From: an uncultured Candidatus Saccharibacteria bacterium
Lineage (GTDB): Bacteria; Patescibacteriota; Minisyncoccia; Phycocordibacterales; JACOZG01
Length of the DNA: 53,522 nucleotides
Assembly: GCA_964591715.1 (NCBI GenBank)
Contig: CAZQDR010000002.1
Location: 3,614 to 57,135 of the forward strand
Direction of reading: 5' to 3'
How positions within the stretch are numbered: position 1 is the first letter of the stretch; each line of letters starts with the position of its first letter. Positions 23,642 to 32,600 of the stretch are shown piece by piece. Position numbers and translations under genes: made by a program. The notes below the pieces were generated by a model. It was not told the DNA's origin. It made no database searches and saw nothing but the letters and a program-made list of their open reading frames with translations.

Positions 23642-26254
23642 ATGCAAGATAAAATAAAAATCAAAGGCGCTCGGACGCACAATTTAAAGAATATTGATCT
23701 CGAAATACCCCGCAATAAAATGGTGGTTTTTACTGGTTTGTCTGGTTCCGGCAAGTCCTCGCTGGCTTTCGATACGATTTTTGCCGAAGGTCAGCGGCGC
23801 TACGTTGAGTCACTCTCTGCTTATGCGCGGCAGTTTCTCCATCAAATGCAAAAACCAGACGTGGATGAGATTGAGGGTTTGTCACCAGCCATTTCAATCG
23901 ACCAAAAGACGCGTTCCAATAATCCGCGTTCAACCGTGGCGACGATTACCGAAATTTATGATTATCTCCGCGTGCTTTATGCTCGTATTGGCCGACCCTA
24001 TTGTTTGGAGTGTGGGGAGGAAATTAAACGTTTGTCCCATGCGGAAATTGTCGCTCTAATCCATACCCGCATTGGCTCGCCGGAGGCAGTGGTGCGCGTT
24101 TATTCGCCGGTCGTGCGGGGTCGCAAAGGTGAGTACTATCAATTGCTTTATGATTTGCTCGACAAGGGTTATCGCGAGGTTTTGGTTGATGGTGCGCGCA
24201 AAAAGTTACGCGAGCAAATTTTACTCGATAAGAATAAAAAGCACGACATTGATGTTTTAGTGGATGAGATTGATGCGGTGGATTTGCTCAAGCCCGCCAA
24301 AGTGGAAAAGAAAACCAAGAAGTTGGGCGAGGCTGTGGCCGAGGCGGTTGGCGATGGCGCGCGTGATCGCTTAAGTGAGGCGGTAGAGCGGGCATTGAAT
24401 GAGTCGGACGGTTTAGTGCGCGTAGTTATCGGTCAGTCGAGTGAGGAAGTTAACTTTGTGGTCTCGGCCCGCTTTGCCTGTCCTAATGACGGCTTTTCGT
24501 ACCCGGAGATCGAGCCCCGCTTATTCTCCTTTAACTCGCCCTACGGTGCTTGTCCGTCCTGTCATGGTTTGGGGACTAAGTATTTTATGGGAGCCGAAGT
24601 TTGTGATGAGTGTCAGGGCGCTCGCTTGCGTCAGGAGGCGCTCCATGTGCGCTTGGGCGGTGATCCGGCCGATAATAAGGAGTCGGGTTTAAATATTGTG
24701 GAGCTGACCTCGCAGTCAATTAGTAAGGCGAACGAATTTTTCAAAAAACTTAAGTTAAACCCCAAAGCCAAAACAATTTCGTTGCCAGTTCTTCGAGAGA
24801 TTGAAGCGCGACTAAAATTCTTGTTAGATGTTGGTCTGGATTACATTACACTTGATCGCCGGGCTAACACACTTTCGGGCGGCGAGAGTCAGCGTATTCG
24901 CTTGGCGTCACAATTGGGCTCACGGCTGGTGGGAGCTTTGTACGTGCTTGATGAGCCCACCATTGGTTTGCACTCACGCGACAATGATCGTCTCATCAAA
25001 ACCCTGCACGAACTGCGTGATTTGGGGAACACGATTGTCATTGTGGAGCACGATGAGGACACCATCTATGCCTCCGATTACTTGGTCGACATTGGTCCAG
25101 GCGCGGGCGTGCATGGTGGCAATATTGTGGCGACAGGGGAGACCGAGAAGTTGCTCACGGCGAAGAAAAATACTTTTAATTCTTTGACGGTTGATTACTT
25201 GCGCGGCGATAAGACGATTCCGATTCCGGATGAGCGACGGACGAACGACAAGGGCAAGATTCGCATTCGGGGCGGCAAGTTGTTCAACATTAAAAATTTG
25301 AATGTCGATATTCCGCTCGGGAAGCTTGTAGCCATTACCGGTGTTTCTGGTTCAGGTAAGTCAACTTTTGTTTACGAAATTTTATACAAAAACCTGCAGG
25401 CCCGCTTTGATCGTCGTTATCGGACGGCGCAAATCTTTAACTGCAGTGAGTTTAGTGGGACCGAATATTTTAGCCGCTCTATTTTAATTGACCAGTCACC
25501 AATTGGCCGCACGCCGCGCTCTAACCCCGCAACTTACACTGGTGCTTGGACGCATGTTCGCGACCTGTTTGCCTCAAGCGAGGAGGCTCGCGTTCGGGGT
25601 TGGAAGGCGAATCGCTTCTCCTTTAACGTTAAAGGCGGCCGCTGTGAGGCCTGCCAGGGTAATGGCATGATTGCCGTCGAAATGCACTTCCTGCCAACGG
25701 TTTATGTTCAGTGTGACGTTTGTCGCGGTAAGCGTTTCCAAAAGGAGACGTTGGAGGTAACCTATCGGGGAAAAAATATTGATGACATTCTCCACATGAC
25801 GGTCGAGGAGGCACTTGGATTTTTTGCAGATATTCCGGCGGTGGCGGATCGGCTGCAAACCTTAAATGATGTCGGCTTGGGCTACTTGGAACTTGGTCAG
25901 TCGGCCACCACGCTCTCGGGTGGCGAAGCCCAGCGGGTTAAAATTTCTTCCGAACTTTACCGACCAATGACCGAGCGCACCATGTATGTGCTCGATGAAC
26001 CAACGGTTGGCCTCCATTACGAAGACGTTAAAAACTTGATTGAAATTTTACAAAAACTAGTTGATCGGGGTAACAGTGTCTTGGTGATTGAACATAATCT
26101 CGACATTATTAAAAGCGCCGACTATTTAATTGATATGGGTCCAGAGGGCGGGGATGGTGGTGGCCAAATTGTGGCGACCGGCACGCCTGAGGACGTCGCT
26201 CGTTCCAAAGACTCGCACACGGCCAAGTACTTACGACGCATGTTACAGAAATAG
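23642..26254 (+). CDS. uvrA: excinuclease ABC subunit A
   Basis: 870 aa. Two ABC modules ([18 protein letters not shown]; [18 protein letters not shown]) and zinc-finger Cys clusters ([16 protein letters not shown]...CDVCRG). Confidence 0.95.
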   Translation: MQDKIKIKGARTHNLKNIDLEIPRNKMVVFTGLSGSGKSSLAFDTIFAEGQRRYVESLSAYARQFLHQMQKPDVDEIEGLSPAISIDQKTRSNNPRSTVATITEIYDYLRVLYARIGRPYCLECGEEIKRLSHAEIVALIHTRIGSPEAVVRVYSPVVRGRKGEYYQLLYDLLDKGYREVLVDGARKKLREQILLDKNKKHDIDVLVDEIDAVDLLKPAKVEKKTKKLGEAVAEAVGDGARDRLSEAVERALNESDGLVRVVIGQSSEEVNFVVSARFACPNDGFSYPEIEPRLFSFNSPYGACPSCHGLGTKYFMGAEVCDECQGARLRQEALHVRLGGDPADNKESGLNIVELTSQSISKANEFFKKLKLNPKAKTISLPVLREIEARLKFLLDVGLDYITLDRRANTLSGGESQRIRLASQLGSRLVGALYVLDEPTIGLHSRDNDRLIKTLHELRDLGNTIVIVEHDEDTIYASDYLVDIGPGAGVHGGNIVATGETEKLLTAKKNTFNSLTVDYLRGDKTIPIPDERRTNDKGKIRIRGGKLFNIKNLNVDIPLGKLVAITGVSGSGKSTFVYEILYKNLQARFDRRYRTAQIFNCSEFSGTEYFSRSILIDQSPIGRTPRSNPATYTGAWTHVRDLFASSEEARVRGWKANRFSFNVKGGRCEACQGNGMIAVEMHFLPTVYVQCDVCRGKRFQKETLEVTYRGKNIDDILHMTVEEALGFFADIPAVADRLQTLNDVGLGYLELGQSATTLSGGEAQRVKISSELYRPMTERTMYVLDEPTVGLHYEDVKNLIEILQKLVDRGNSVLVIEHNLDIIKSADYLIDMGPEGGDGGGQIVATGTPEDVARSKDSHTAKYLRRMLQK

Positions 26255-26258
26255 AAAA

Positions 26259-26284
26259 GCGCCCCCGACTTATGACGGGGGCGC
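26259..26284 (-). terminator. intrinsic terminator of the minus-strand dehydrogenase gene (hairpin also closes uvrA)
   Basis: gcgcccccg / acttatga / cgggggcgc. The T-run (ttttct) is present only on the minus strand. Confidence 0.65.
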
Positions 26285-26292
26285 AGAACCTA

Positions 26293-27609
26293 TTAAATCC
26301 GACCAATGGAGGCGTACGCGAAGCCGAGCTTACGCAGAGCCTCAGGCTGGAACAGGTTGCGCCCATCTACCACAACCTTTGATCGCATTAGCTCACCCAA
26401 CGCGACGAAGTCGTGAGTTTTGAATTCGTTCCAGTCGGTGACGATCACCAAGGCGTGAACGCCGACGACCGCGTCGTCAGCACTCTCGCAAAAATCGAGA
26501 ACGTGATGAAACGAGTGTTCACCGAGCACCCTGGCGAAGTTGTTGTTGGCCTTGGGGTCGTAGGCTTGGACCCTTGCTCCCGCTCGCAGTAATGAGTTAA
26601 TGAGCGGGAAGGCCGGCGATTCCCTGACATCATCTGTCTCTGGTTTGAAGGCCAAGCCCCAAACCGCGATTCGCTTGTCCTGCAGATCTGGTATCAGTGT
26701 CTGCAGCTTGTGGAACAAGACCTGCTTCTGCTGCAGGTTTACCAACTCCGTCGCCTCGATCAGGGGCACGGCGACGCGACATTCCTTTCCTAAGGCAACG
26801 AGGGCGCCCACGTCCTTGGGGAAGCAGGAGCCGCCATAGCCTGGCCCCGGGTAGAGAAAGTGCGGGCCAATCCGTTTATCGGAGCCGACAACCTTGCGGA
26901 CGTCATCGATATCAGCGCCAGTTGCCTCCGCCAGCCCGGCAAACTCATTCATCAGACTGATGCGGGAAGCTAAAGCGGCATTGGCAGCCAGCTTGCTGAA
27001 CTCTGCTGTCTCGAGCGAAACGGAATACAGCGGATTGCCGCTTCTCAAAAATGGGGCATACAACTCCTTCAGTTTGTCGGTGGCATAGTCGGCTTGAGTG
27101 CCGATCACGACGCGGTCGGGACGCTTGAAGTCCTCGATCGCCCGCCCCTCCTTCAGAAACTCGGGATTGGAGGCGATGGCAGCGGGTACACCACCACCCT
27201 CCTTCATAATCCCCGCGAGCATTCGGCAGGTTCCTACCGGCACCGTACTCTTGATCACGACAATGGTTTCCCGTCTGCCCAAGGCCGGCGCCAGCTGGCG
27301 CACGATCTCTTTGATTGGCTCAATGGCCAACGAGCCCACAAGGTCAGGGGGAGTTCCGACCGTGATAAAGATCAGGTCGAAAAACCGGTTGAACTCTGGC
27401 TCACCAACAAAGCGAAGATGGCCACTCTCAATGGTGCTATCGAGGATCTCAGCCAGGCCTGGCTCGTAGATGGGGCTCTCTCCCCGCATTAGCTTGGCGA
27501 CCTTATCGGGATCAGCATCGACGCCAACGACTTCGTGTCCAGCCTCAGCGAGGCAGGCGGCGGTGACCGATCCGACATAGCCGGCGGCACCGATAATTTG
27601 GATTTTCAA
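26293..27609 (-). CDS. UDP-glucose/GDP-mannose dehydrogenase family protein (NDP-sugar 6-dehydrogenase)
   Basis: 438 aa. N-terminal Rossmann IIGAAGYVGSVTAACLAEAGHEVVGVD, catalytic region GGSCFPKD. TTG start with aggaga 6 nt upstream. GC-rich relative to its neighbours. Confidence 0.9.
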   Translation of the reverse strand: MKIQIIGAAGYVGSVTAACLAEAGHEVVGVDADPDKVAKLMRGESPIYEPGLAEILDSTIESGHLRFVGEPEFNRFFDLIFITVGTPPDLVGSLAIEPIKEIVRQLAPALGRRETIVVIKSTVPVGTCRMLAGIMKEGGGVPAAIASNPEFLKEGRAIEDFKRPDRVVIGTQADYATDKLKELYAPFLRSGNPLYSVSLETAEFSKLAANAALASRISLMNEFAGLAEATGADIDDVRKVVGSDKRIGPHFLYPGPGYGGSCFPKDVGALVALGKECRVAVPLIEATELVNLQQKQVLFHKLQTLIPDLQDKRIAVWGLAFKPETDDVRESPAFPLINSLLRAGARVQAYDPKANNNFARVLGEHSFHHVLDFCESADDAVVGVHALVIVTDWNEFKTHDFVALGELMRSKVVVDGRNLFQPEALRKLGFAYASIGRI

Positions 27610-27800
27610 GCTTCATCTCCTATATAGAGGAACTATTGACACATCTGGTATGATTCAAGCATGCGACTGGCAGTTTGTAAAATAAAAAAGAAAGCTACGG
27701 AGCGTCGCGAAGGGCAACTGCTCGGTAGCTTTCCGGAGGGGAAAGAAGCATTGGTGCTTCTGTAAGCGTTAAAAGAAAGAACAGATACATAAATAAGTAT

Positions 27801-29057
27801 ATGCCGATAGCTGACAACATCAAGCAGGCTGTGGATAAACTGCCGGACGCGCCGGGGGTCTACTTTTTTAAGCGTGGCCGCTCTGGCCGGTCTGGTCAAA
27901 TCTTATATATCGGCAAGGCAACTTCTTTGCGGGATAGAGTGCGGAGCTACTTCCGTGGCGATATTGCGAGTGCCCGCTCCAATTGGATTGCCAAGATGGT
28001 CGAGTTGGTTGATAACGTTGAATATGTGGCCACGGACTCGGTGCTTGAGGCGCTGCTCTTGGAATCATTTCAAATCAAAAAACATCAGCCGCCTTATAAT
28101 ATTCGAGAGAAGGATGATAAAAGTTACTTGTATGTTGGAATAACTAAAGAAGATTTCCCTCGGTTGGTGACGATCCGAGGCAAAGACCTAACACCTAGTC
28201 CCTATAAGCTAAAGACTATTTTTGGACCGTTTCCTCACGGCGGGGAACTGCGCGAGGCGCTAAAGATTATCCGACGAATTTTTCCTTATCGAGATGAGAA
28301 GTGTCAACCAAATCAGGGTCGCCCCTGCTTCAATGCCCAAATCGGACTTTGCCCCGGAGTTTGTAGTGGTGCCGTAACGTCGCGCGAATATGGCCGCACC
28401 ATCCGTAATCTGGCCCTCTTCTTCCAGGGTCGGAAGGCGGCTGTGCTCAGAAATTTGGAACGAGAGATGAAGTCCTTAGCCAAGAGTCTCAAATTTGAAG
28501 CCGCCGAGCAAATTAAGCGCAAAATTTTTGCCCTGCAGCATATTCATGACGTCGCATTAATTAAGCGTACCAGTCCGCATGACTTTGCGGCGGCGGCGTC
28601 AGGCGAGCACCACTTTAGACTAGAGGCTTATGACGTGGCGCATTTAAGTGGAAAAAATACCGTTGGGGTGATGGTGGTTAGTCACAACGCTGAGTTGGTT
28701 AAGGACCAGTACCGCAAGTTTAAACTTCGGGGCAGTTCGGCCGACCGAGCCGATGACACCGGCAACTTGCTCGAGATCTTAAATCGTCGCCTTAAGCACG
28801 CCGAGTGGCCTTTGCCGAACGCAATTGTAGTGGATGGGGGTACAGCCCAAGCCAACGTCGCGGAGAAAATTTTGCATGGCCACAAGTTAAACATTCCGGT
28901 GATTAGTGTAGTGAAAGACAGTAAGCACAAAGCTCGAGATTTGAATGGCCCAAAAGAGATTATCGAGAAGTATCGCGATAGCATTATTGCCTTAAATGCT
29001 GAGGCGCACCGCTTTGCGATTAATTATCATCGCTTGCTACGCGGCCGGATGCTATAA
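27801..29057 (+). CDS. uvrC: excinuclease ABC subunit C, short form lacking the C-terminal (HhH)2 domain
   Basis: 418 aa. GIY-YIG (GVYFF...ILYIGKATSLRDRVRSYF), UVR motif (MKSLAKSLKFEAAEQIKRKIFALQ), RNase-H-like nuclease domain (YDVAHLSG...EAHRFAINYHR). The protein ends right there. Confidence 0.85.
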   Translation: MPIADNIKQAVDKLPDAPGVYFFKRGRSGRSGQILYIGKATSLRDRVRSYFRGDIASARSNWIAKMVELVDNVEYVATDSVLEALLLESFQIKKHQPPYNIREKDDKSYLYVGITKEDFPRLVTIRGKDLTPSPYKLKTIFGPFPHGGELREALKIIRRIFPYRDEKCQPNQGRPCFNAQIGLCPGVCSGAVTSREYGRTIRNLALFFQGRKAAVLRNLEREMKSLAKSLKFEAAEQIKRKIFALQHIHDVALIKRTSPHDFAAAASGEHHFRLEAYDVAHLSGKNTVGVMVVSHNAELVKDQYRKFKLRGSSADRADDTGNLLEILNRRLKHAEWPLPNAIVVDGGTAQANVAEKILHGHKLNIPVISVVKDSKHKARDLNGPKEIIEKYRDSIIALNAEAHRFAINYHRLLRGRML

Positions 29058-29058
29058 T
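29053..29058 (+). promoter_or_regulatory. -10 box TATAAT 6 nt upstream of ATG 29065 (leaderless-type)
   Basis: gcTATAATaaaaacATG. It overlaps the uvrC stop codon. Confidence 0.45.
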
Positions 29059-29064
29059 AAAAAC

Positions 29065-30114
29065 ATGCGGCGCTCGCTTGGCTTTTGGTATTACTTCGCG
29101 GTGGCTATCGCGCTAATTCTTGGACTGATCTTTAGTGATTTTTCCACCCTGACTGCTTCGGTCCGTCTACTGATGCTCTCGTTCTTGGGACTGGCCATCA
29201 TTGGGCCGGCCATTTTTATATTTCGCAGCCGGCAGAGTGCGCGGCCGGTGCCTCCGGCTACCGGCCGCGTAACTATCTCTGGTGACCAGGCAGTTCAGCT
29301 CGCCTTATTGCAAAATGTTAATCAGGAGCTAGAGGGTAAACTGCAGCAGTTAAAGATCAAAGAGCGCGAGTTGACCAGTGCCAATGAACACCTCTTGGAT
29401 ATCGATAAAGCTAAATCGCAATTTGTCTCGATGACCACCCACCAACTACGCACGCCATTGGCGGCGATTAAGTGGACGTTCCATATGATTATTAACGGTG
29501 AACTGGGGCCGGTGACGGATGATCAAAAACACTTCTTGCAGAAGGGTTATGAGAGCGCTGATCGCGTCATTACCGTGATTAATGATTGGCTAAATGCTGA
29601 TTATATTGAGGCTAATCGTGACGAGTACAAATTTGTGCCGGTAAATATTGCCGAGATGATTGATAGTGTGGTCTTCGAATTTACCGGTCGTCTGACCGAG
29701 CGCAATGTTAATTTGATCGTTAATCGGCCCAAGAGTAATTTGCCGTCTATTGCTGTTGATCCGATTAAACTAAGTATGGCGATCGAGAACCTGCTCGATA
29801 ATGCGCTGAAGTATACCCCCAAGGGTGGTCAGGTGACGGTTGATATTATTGATGATAAAATTAACTCAGCCGAGAAGGTCCTGGAAATTGATGTGAGCGA
29901 TAATGGTATTGGCATTCCTAAAGACGAACAGGCTAAAATCTTTGGTCGGTTCTTCCGCTCATCGAACGCCGGCAAGATTGCGGCACACGGTTCGGGCTTA
30001 GGTCTGTTTATTGTTAAGGATATTATCGAGAAGCACGGGGGTAAGATTTGGTTTGATAGCGAGGAGGGCAAGGGGACCAAGTTCCACCTCACTATTCCCA
30101 TTAAACAAAAATAA
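29065..30114 (+). CDS. sensor histidine kinase
   Basis: The ORF track gives 28996, which would overlap uvrC. ATG 29065 gives a 2-TM N-terminus. HisKA H-box THQLRTPLAAI; HATPase_c (DNGIGIP, GSGLGLFIV). Confidence 0.9.
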   Translation: MRRSLGFWYYFAVAIALILGLIFSDFSTLTASVRLLMLSFLGLAIIGPAIFIFRSRQSARPVPPATGRVTISGDQAVQLALLQNVNQELEGKLQQLKIKERELTSANEHLLDIDKAKSQFVSMTTHQLRTPLAAIKWTFHMIINGELGPVTDDQKHFLQKGYESADRVITVINDWLNADYIEANRDEYKFVPVNIAEMIDSVVFEFTGRLTERNVNLIVNRPKSNLPSIAVDPIKLSMAIENLLDNALKYTPKGGQVTVDIIDDKINSAEKVLEIDVSDNGIGIPKDEQAKIFGRFFRSSNAGKIAAHGSGLGLFIVKDIIEKHGGKIWFDSEEGKGTKFHLTIPIKQK

Positions 30115-30116
30115 CG

Positions 30117-30122
30117 TATACT
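30117..30122 (+). promoter_or_regulatory. -10 box TATACT 6 nt upstream of ATG 30129 (leaderless-type)
   Basis: cgTATACTagtagcATG. Confidence 0.4.
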
Positions 30123-30128
30123 AGTAGC

Positions 30129-30515
30129 ATGACTAATCAATCCAAAGGGAAAGTACTAATTGTCGAAGATGACGAATTTCTTCGCACGCTCACGGCCAAG
30201 CGACTTGAGAAAGAGGGTTACGGTTTGGCCGTCGCTGTTGATGGCGACACCGCGCTTAACGTGGCGATCGAAGCTAAGCCTGATCTGATTTTACTGGACT
30301 TACTTTTGCCGGGCATCGATGGTTTTGAGGTTTTAAAACGCATTCGGGCTAACGATGAACTTAAGAAGGTGCCAGTAATAGTGTTCTCAAACTTGGGCCA
30401 GCGCGAGGATGTGGAGAAAGCCACCCAGCTTGGAGCCGATGACTTTTTGGTCAAAGCAAACTTTACGCTCGACGACTTAGTCGTGAAGCTGAACGACCGT
30501 CTGAGTAAGAAATAA
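30129..30515 (+). CDS. response regulator, receiver domain only (CheY-like)
   Basis: 128 aa. VLIVEDDEF..., DLILLDLLLPGIDG, VIVFSNLG, FLVKA. No output domain. Confidence 0.9.
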   Translation: MTNQSKGKVLIVEDDEFLRTLTAKRLEKEGYGLAVAVDGDTALNVAIEAKPDLILLDLLLPGIDGFEVLKRIRANDELKKVPVIVFSNLGQREDVEKATQLGADDFLVKANFTLDDLVVKLNDRLSKK

Positions 30516-30518
30516 AGT

Positions 30519-31493
30519 ATGGCCTCCGTTCGGGTTGGAGTACTACGCGGCGGACCCTCTAGTGAATACGACGTCTCGCTTCAGACGGGTAAAAGTGTTT
30601 TGGCTCATTTGCCGGAACACTATCGAAAGCACGACATTCTTATAACCAAGGATGGTGTTTGGCATTGGCAGGGCTTACCCACCACTCCGGCCAAAGTGGC
30701 ACGTCAGGTGGATGTCTTTTTTAATGCTCTGCATGGTGAGTATGGCGAGGACGGTCGCTTGCAAAGCCTGCTCGATCAACTGGGCACGCCGTATACCGGA
30801 TCGGGCACCTTCGCTTCCGCTATTGCCATGAACAAGGTGATGGCCAAAGAGGTCTTTCGTCGGCAAGGTTTAAAGGTGCCACAAGGAGTGTTATTAAAAC
30901 CAACCTACGGCGAGATTATTGATCTCGAGCTATACGCCAGTCAGATTTTTAAAAAGATCGCGCCGCCCTGGGTGGTAAAACCAGCCGATCGTGGCTCCTC
31001 GGTTGGCCTCTATTTTGCCCGTACCTTTCCCGAGCTAGTGGAAGCGCTTCGTCAGTCGTTTGCTGTTTCTCAGAAGGTGCTGGTTGAGGAGTATATCCGT
31101 GGCCGCGAGGCAACCGTGGGTGTTGTTGACCACTTCCGCGGTCAGCCGCGTTATGTTTTGCCTATTATCGAAATTCGTCGCCCCAGTGGTAAGCAAGTGT
31201 GGGATTACACCGACAAGTACAGTGGTGGTACGGAAGAAATTTGTCCCGGCGCTTTTAGTGTTAACGAGAAGGCGGCCATGGAACAAATGGCCGTTCAGGC
31301 CCATGAGGCACTCGGCTTGCGGCATTACTCGCGCTCTGATTTTATTATTTCACCGCGGGGAATTTATATACTAGAGACAAATACTTTACCTGGGATGACT
31401 GCCGAATCTCTTTTACCGAAGGCGCTGTTGGCCGTGGGTTGTCGCTATCCAGACTTTTTAGATCACTTAATTAAGCTCGCTTATAATAAATAG
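30519..31493 (+). CDS. ddl: D-alanine--D-alanine ligase
   Basis: 324 aa. GGPSSEYDVSL, HGEYGEDGRLQSLL, ATP-grasp core (VVKPADRGSSVG, EVNTLPGMT-type ETNTLPGMT). Confidence 0.9.
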   Translation: MASVRVGVLRGGPSSEYDVSLQTGKSVLAHLPEHYRKHDILITKDGVWHWQGLPTTPAKVARQVDVFFNALHGEYGEDGRLQSLLDQLGTPYTGSGTFASAIAMNKVMAKEVFRRQGLKVPQGVLLKPTYGEIIDLELYASQIFKKIAPPWVVKPADRGSSVGLYFARTFPELVEALRQSFAVSQKVLVEEYIRGREATVGVVDHFRGQPRYVLPIIEIRRPSGKQVWDYTDKYSGGTEEICPGAFSVNEKAAMEQMAVQAHEALGLRHYSRSDFIISPRGIYILETNTLPGMTAESLLPKALLAVGCRYPDFLDHLIKLAYNK

Positions 31494-31501
31494 TAAAGAC
31501 G

Positions 31502-32416
31502 ATGTCACTTTTAAATATTGCCGAAGCGCATGAGGTCTATGTTTTGACTCCGGCTGAAGTGGCGACTGCTCAAGCCGAGCAGGCCTTACCTTTCGGTCCG
31601 GTCGTTGCCAGTCATGCTAAGGAGTTTGCGGGCTGGGGACTATTAATCGCGGGATTAATGCTTTTGACCTTCGCGATATCACTCTCACGCTGGTGGCAGA
31701 CTAAAATCACCGCTAAAATCGACCGCTGGCAGGGGAGAGCCTCGCGTATTACCGAGGTTACCGTTGGCTTGGCTCTGATCGCCTCCGCGGTCTACGATGC
31801 CGCGTTTGGTCCTGAGATTTCCTTAAAAATCTTTGGTGACTCAAATCTGCTGACTCAGATTCTATTTATGCTCTCCGGTGCCACGCTAGTCTTGGGTCGC
31901 TGGGCCAAACTTGGCGCTTTGCTCGGTCTTGGATTATATGTGGCGGTAGGAGTACAGCGAGGCTGGTACGTGCTCATGTATGGCGTTTACTTTGGTGACT
32001 TGCTCGTCAGCCTTTTCCCGAACGCCTGGCAAAAATATAAATTTGTTATTTTGCGAGTATTGTTTGGGTTTTCTCTAATCTTCGCTTCTATATACGCCAA
32101 GTTTTGGTTTAATCAGCTCGCCCTTGAGACGATTGCCAAGTTTAGCTTGACTAACTATTTCCCTTTTTCACCAGAGTTTTTGTTGCTCGGTGCCTTCTGT
32201 GTTGAGATTCTAATTGGCGTCGCTTACATTCTTGGCTTCCAAGTCCGCCTTACCTCCATTGTCTTCACGGTGTTTTTGGTTCAGTCGGTGCTCTTTTTTA
32301 AAGAGGCGGTGTGGCCTCACGTCATCCTTTTTGGTACTGCGGTGGCGATGCTCGCTCATGGGGACGGAGAGTACTCGCTGGGTGGGTATTTAAAACGGCG
32401 GTTGAGAAAAATCTAA
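31502..32416 (+). CDS. polytopic membrane protein, unknown function
   Basis: 304 aa with about 7 hydrophobic segments. No family recognised with confidence. Confidence 0.6.
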   Translation: MSLLNIAEAHEVYVLTPAEVATAQAEQALPFGPVVASHAKEFAGWGLLIAGLMLLTFAISLSRWWQTKITAKIDRWQGRASRITEVTVGLALIASAVYDAAFGPEISLKIFGDSNLLTQILFMLSGATLVLGRWAKLGALLGLGLYVAVGVQRGWYVLMYGVYFGDLLVSLFPNAWQKYKFVILRVLFGFSLIFASIYAKFWFNQLALETIAKFSLTNYFPFSPEFLLLGAFCVEILIGVAYILGFQVRLTSIVFTVFLVQSVLFFKEAVWPHVILFGTAVAMLAHGDGEYSLGGYLKRRLRKI

Positions 32417-32439
32417 ATCTGTGTTTTAATGACCCTCAC

Positions 32440-32512
32440 GGGCCGGTAGCTCATCTGGTAGAGCGCCTCATTTGCACTGAGGAGGCAGGGGGTTCGAGTC
32501 CTCTCCGGTCCA
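32440..32512 (+). tRNA. tRNA-Ala (anticodon UGC)
   Basis: Folded by hand: acceptor gggccgg/ccggtcc with G3:U70; D arm gctc-atctggta-gagc; anticodon arm cctca-ttTGCac-tgagg; variable aggca; T arm ggggg-ttcgagt-cctct (two G-U pairs); discriminator A. No encoded CCA. Confidence 0.85.
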
Positions 32513-32528
32513 CACACGAAACAAATCC

Positions 32529-32553
32529 GGCTGCCAGTTTGGTAGTCGTTTTT
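32529..32553 (+). terminator. putative terminator after tRNA-Ala
   Basis: ggctgcca / gtt / tggtagtc (two G-U pairs), then gTTTTTg. Confidence 0.5.
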
Positions 32554-32587
32554 GTTTATACGAATTGTGCTAAGACGGGTAAAATAC

Positions 32588-32593
32588 TATAAT
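32588..32593 (+). promoter_or_regulatory. -10 box TATAAT 7 nt upstream of ATG 32601 (leaderless-type)
   Basis: acTATAATgtttaggATG. The box overlaps the first ATG (32592), which argues for 32601 as the start. Confidence 0.4.
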
Positions 32594-32600
32594 GTTTAGG

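Noticed and set aside
26445-27492. Plus-strand ORFs (26600..26839, 26697..26960, 27094..27492, 27098..27469) within the dehydrogenase region
   Set aside because: They are antisense to a gene with unambiguous family motifs, and the GC-rich DNA generates long open off-frames.
32311-32592. 93-aa ORF spanning the end of the membrane-protein gene and the spacer
   Set aside because: It runs straight through the tRNA-Ala(UGC) gene (32440..32512) and its terminator, so it is spurious.
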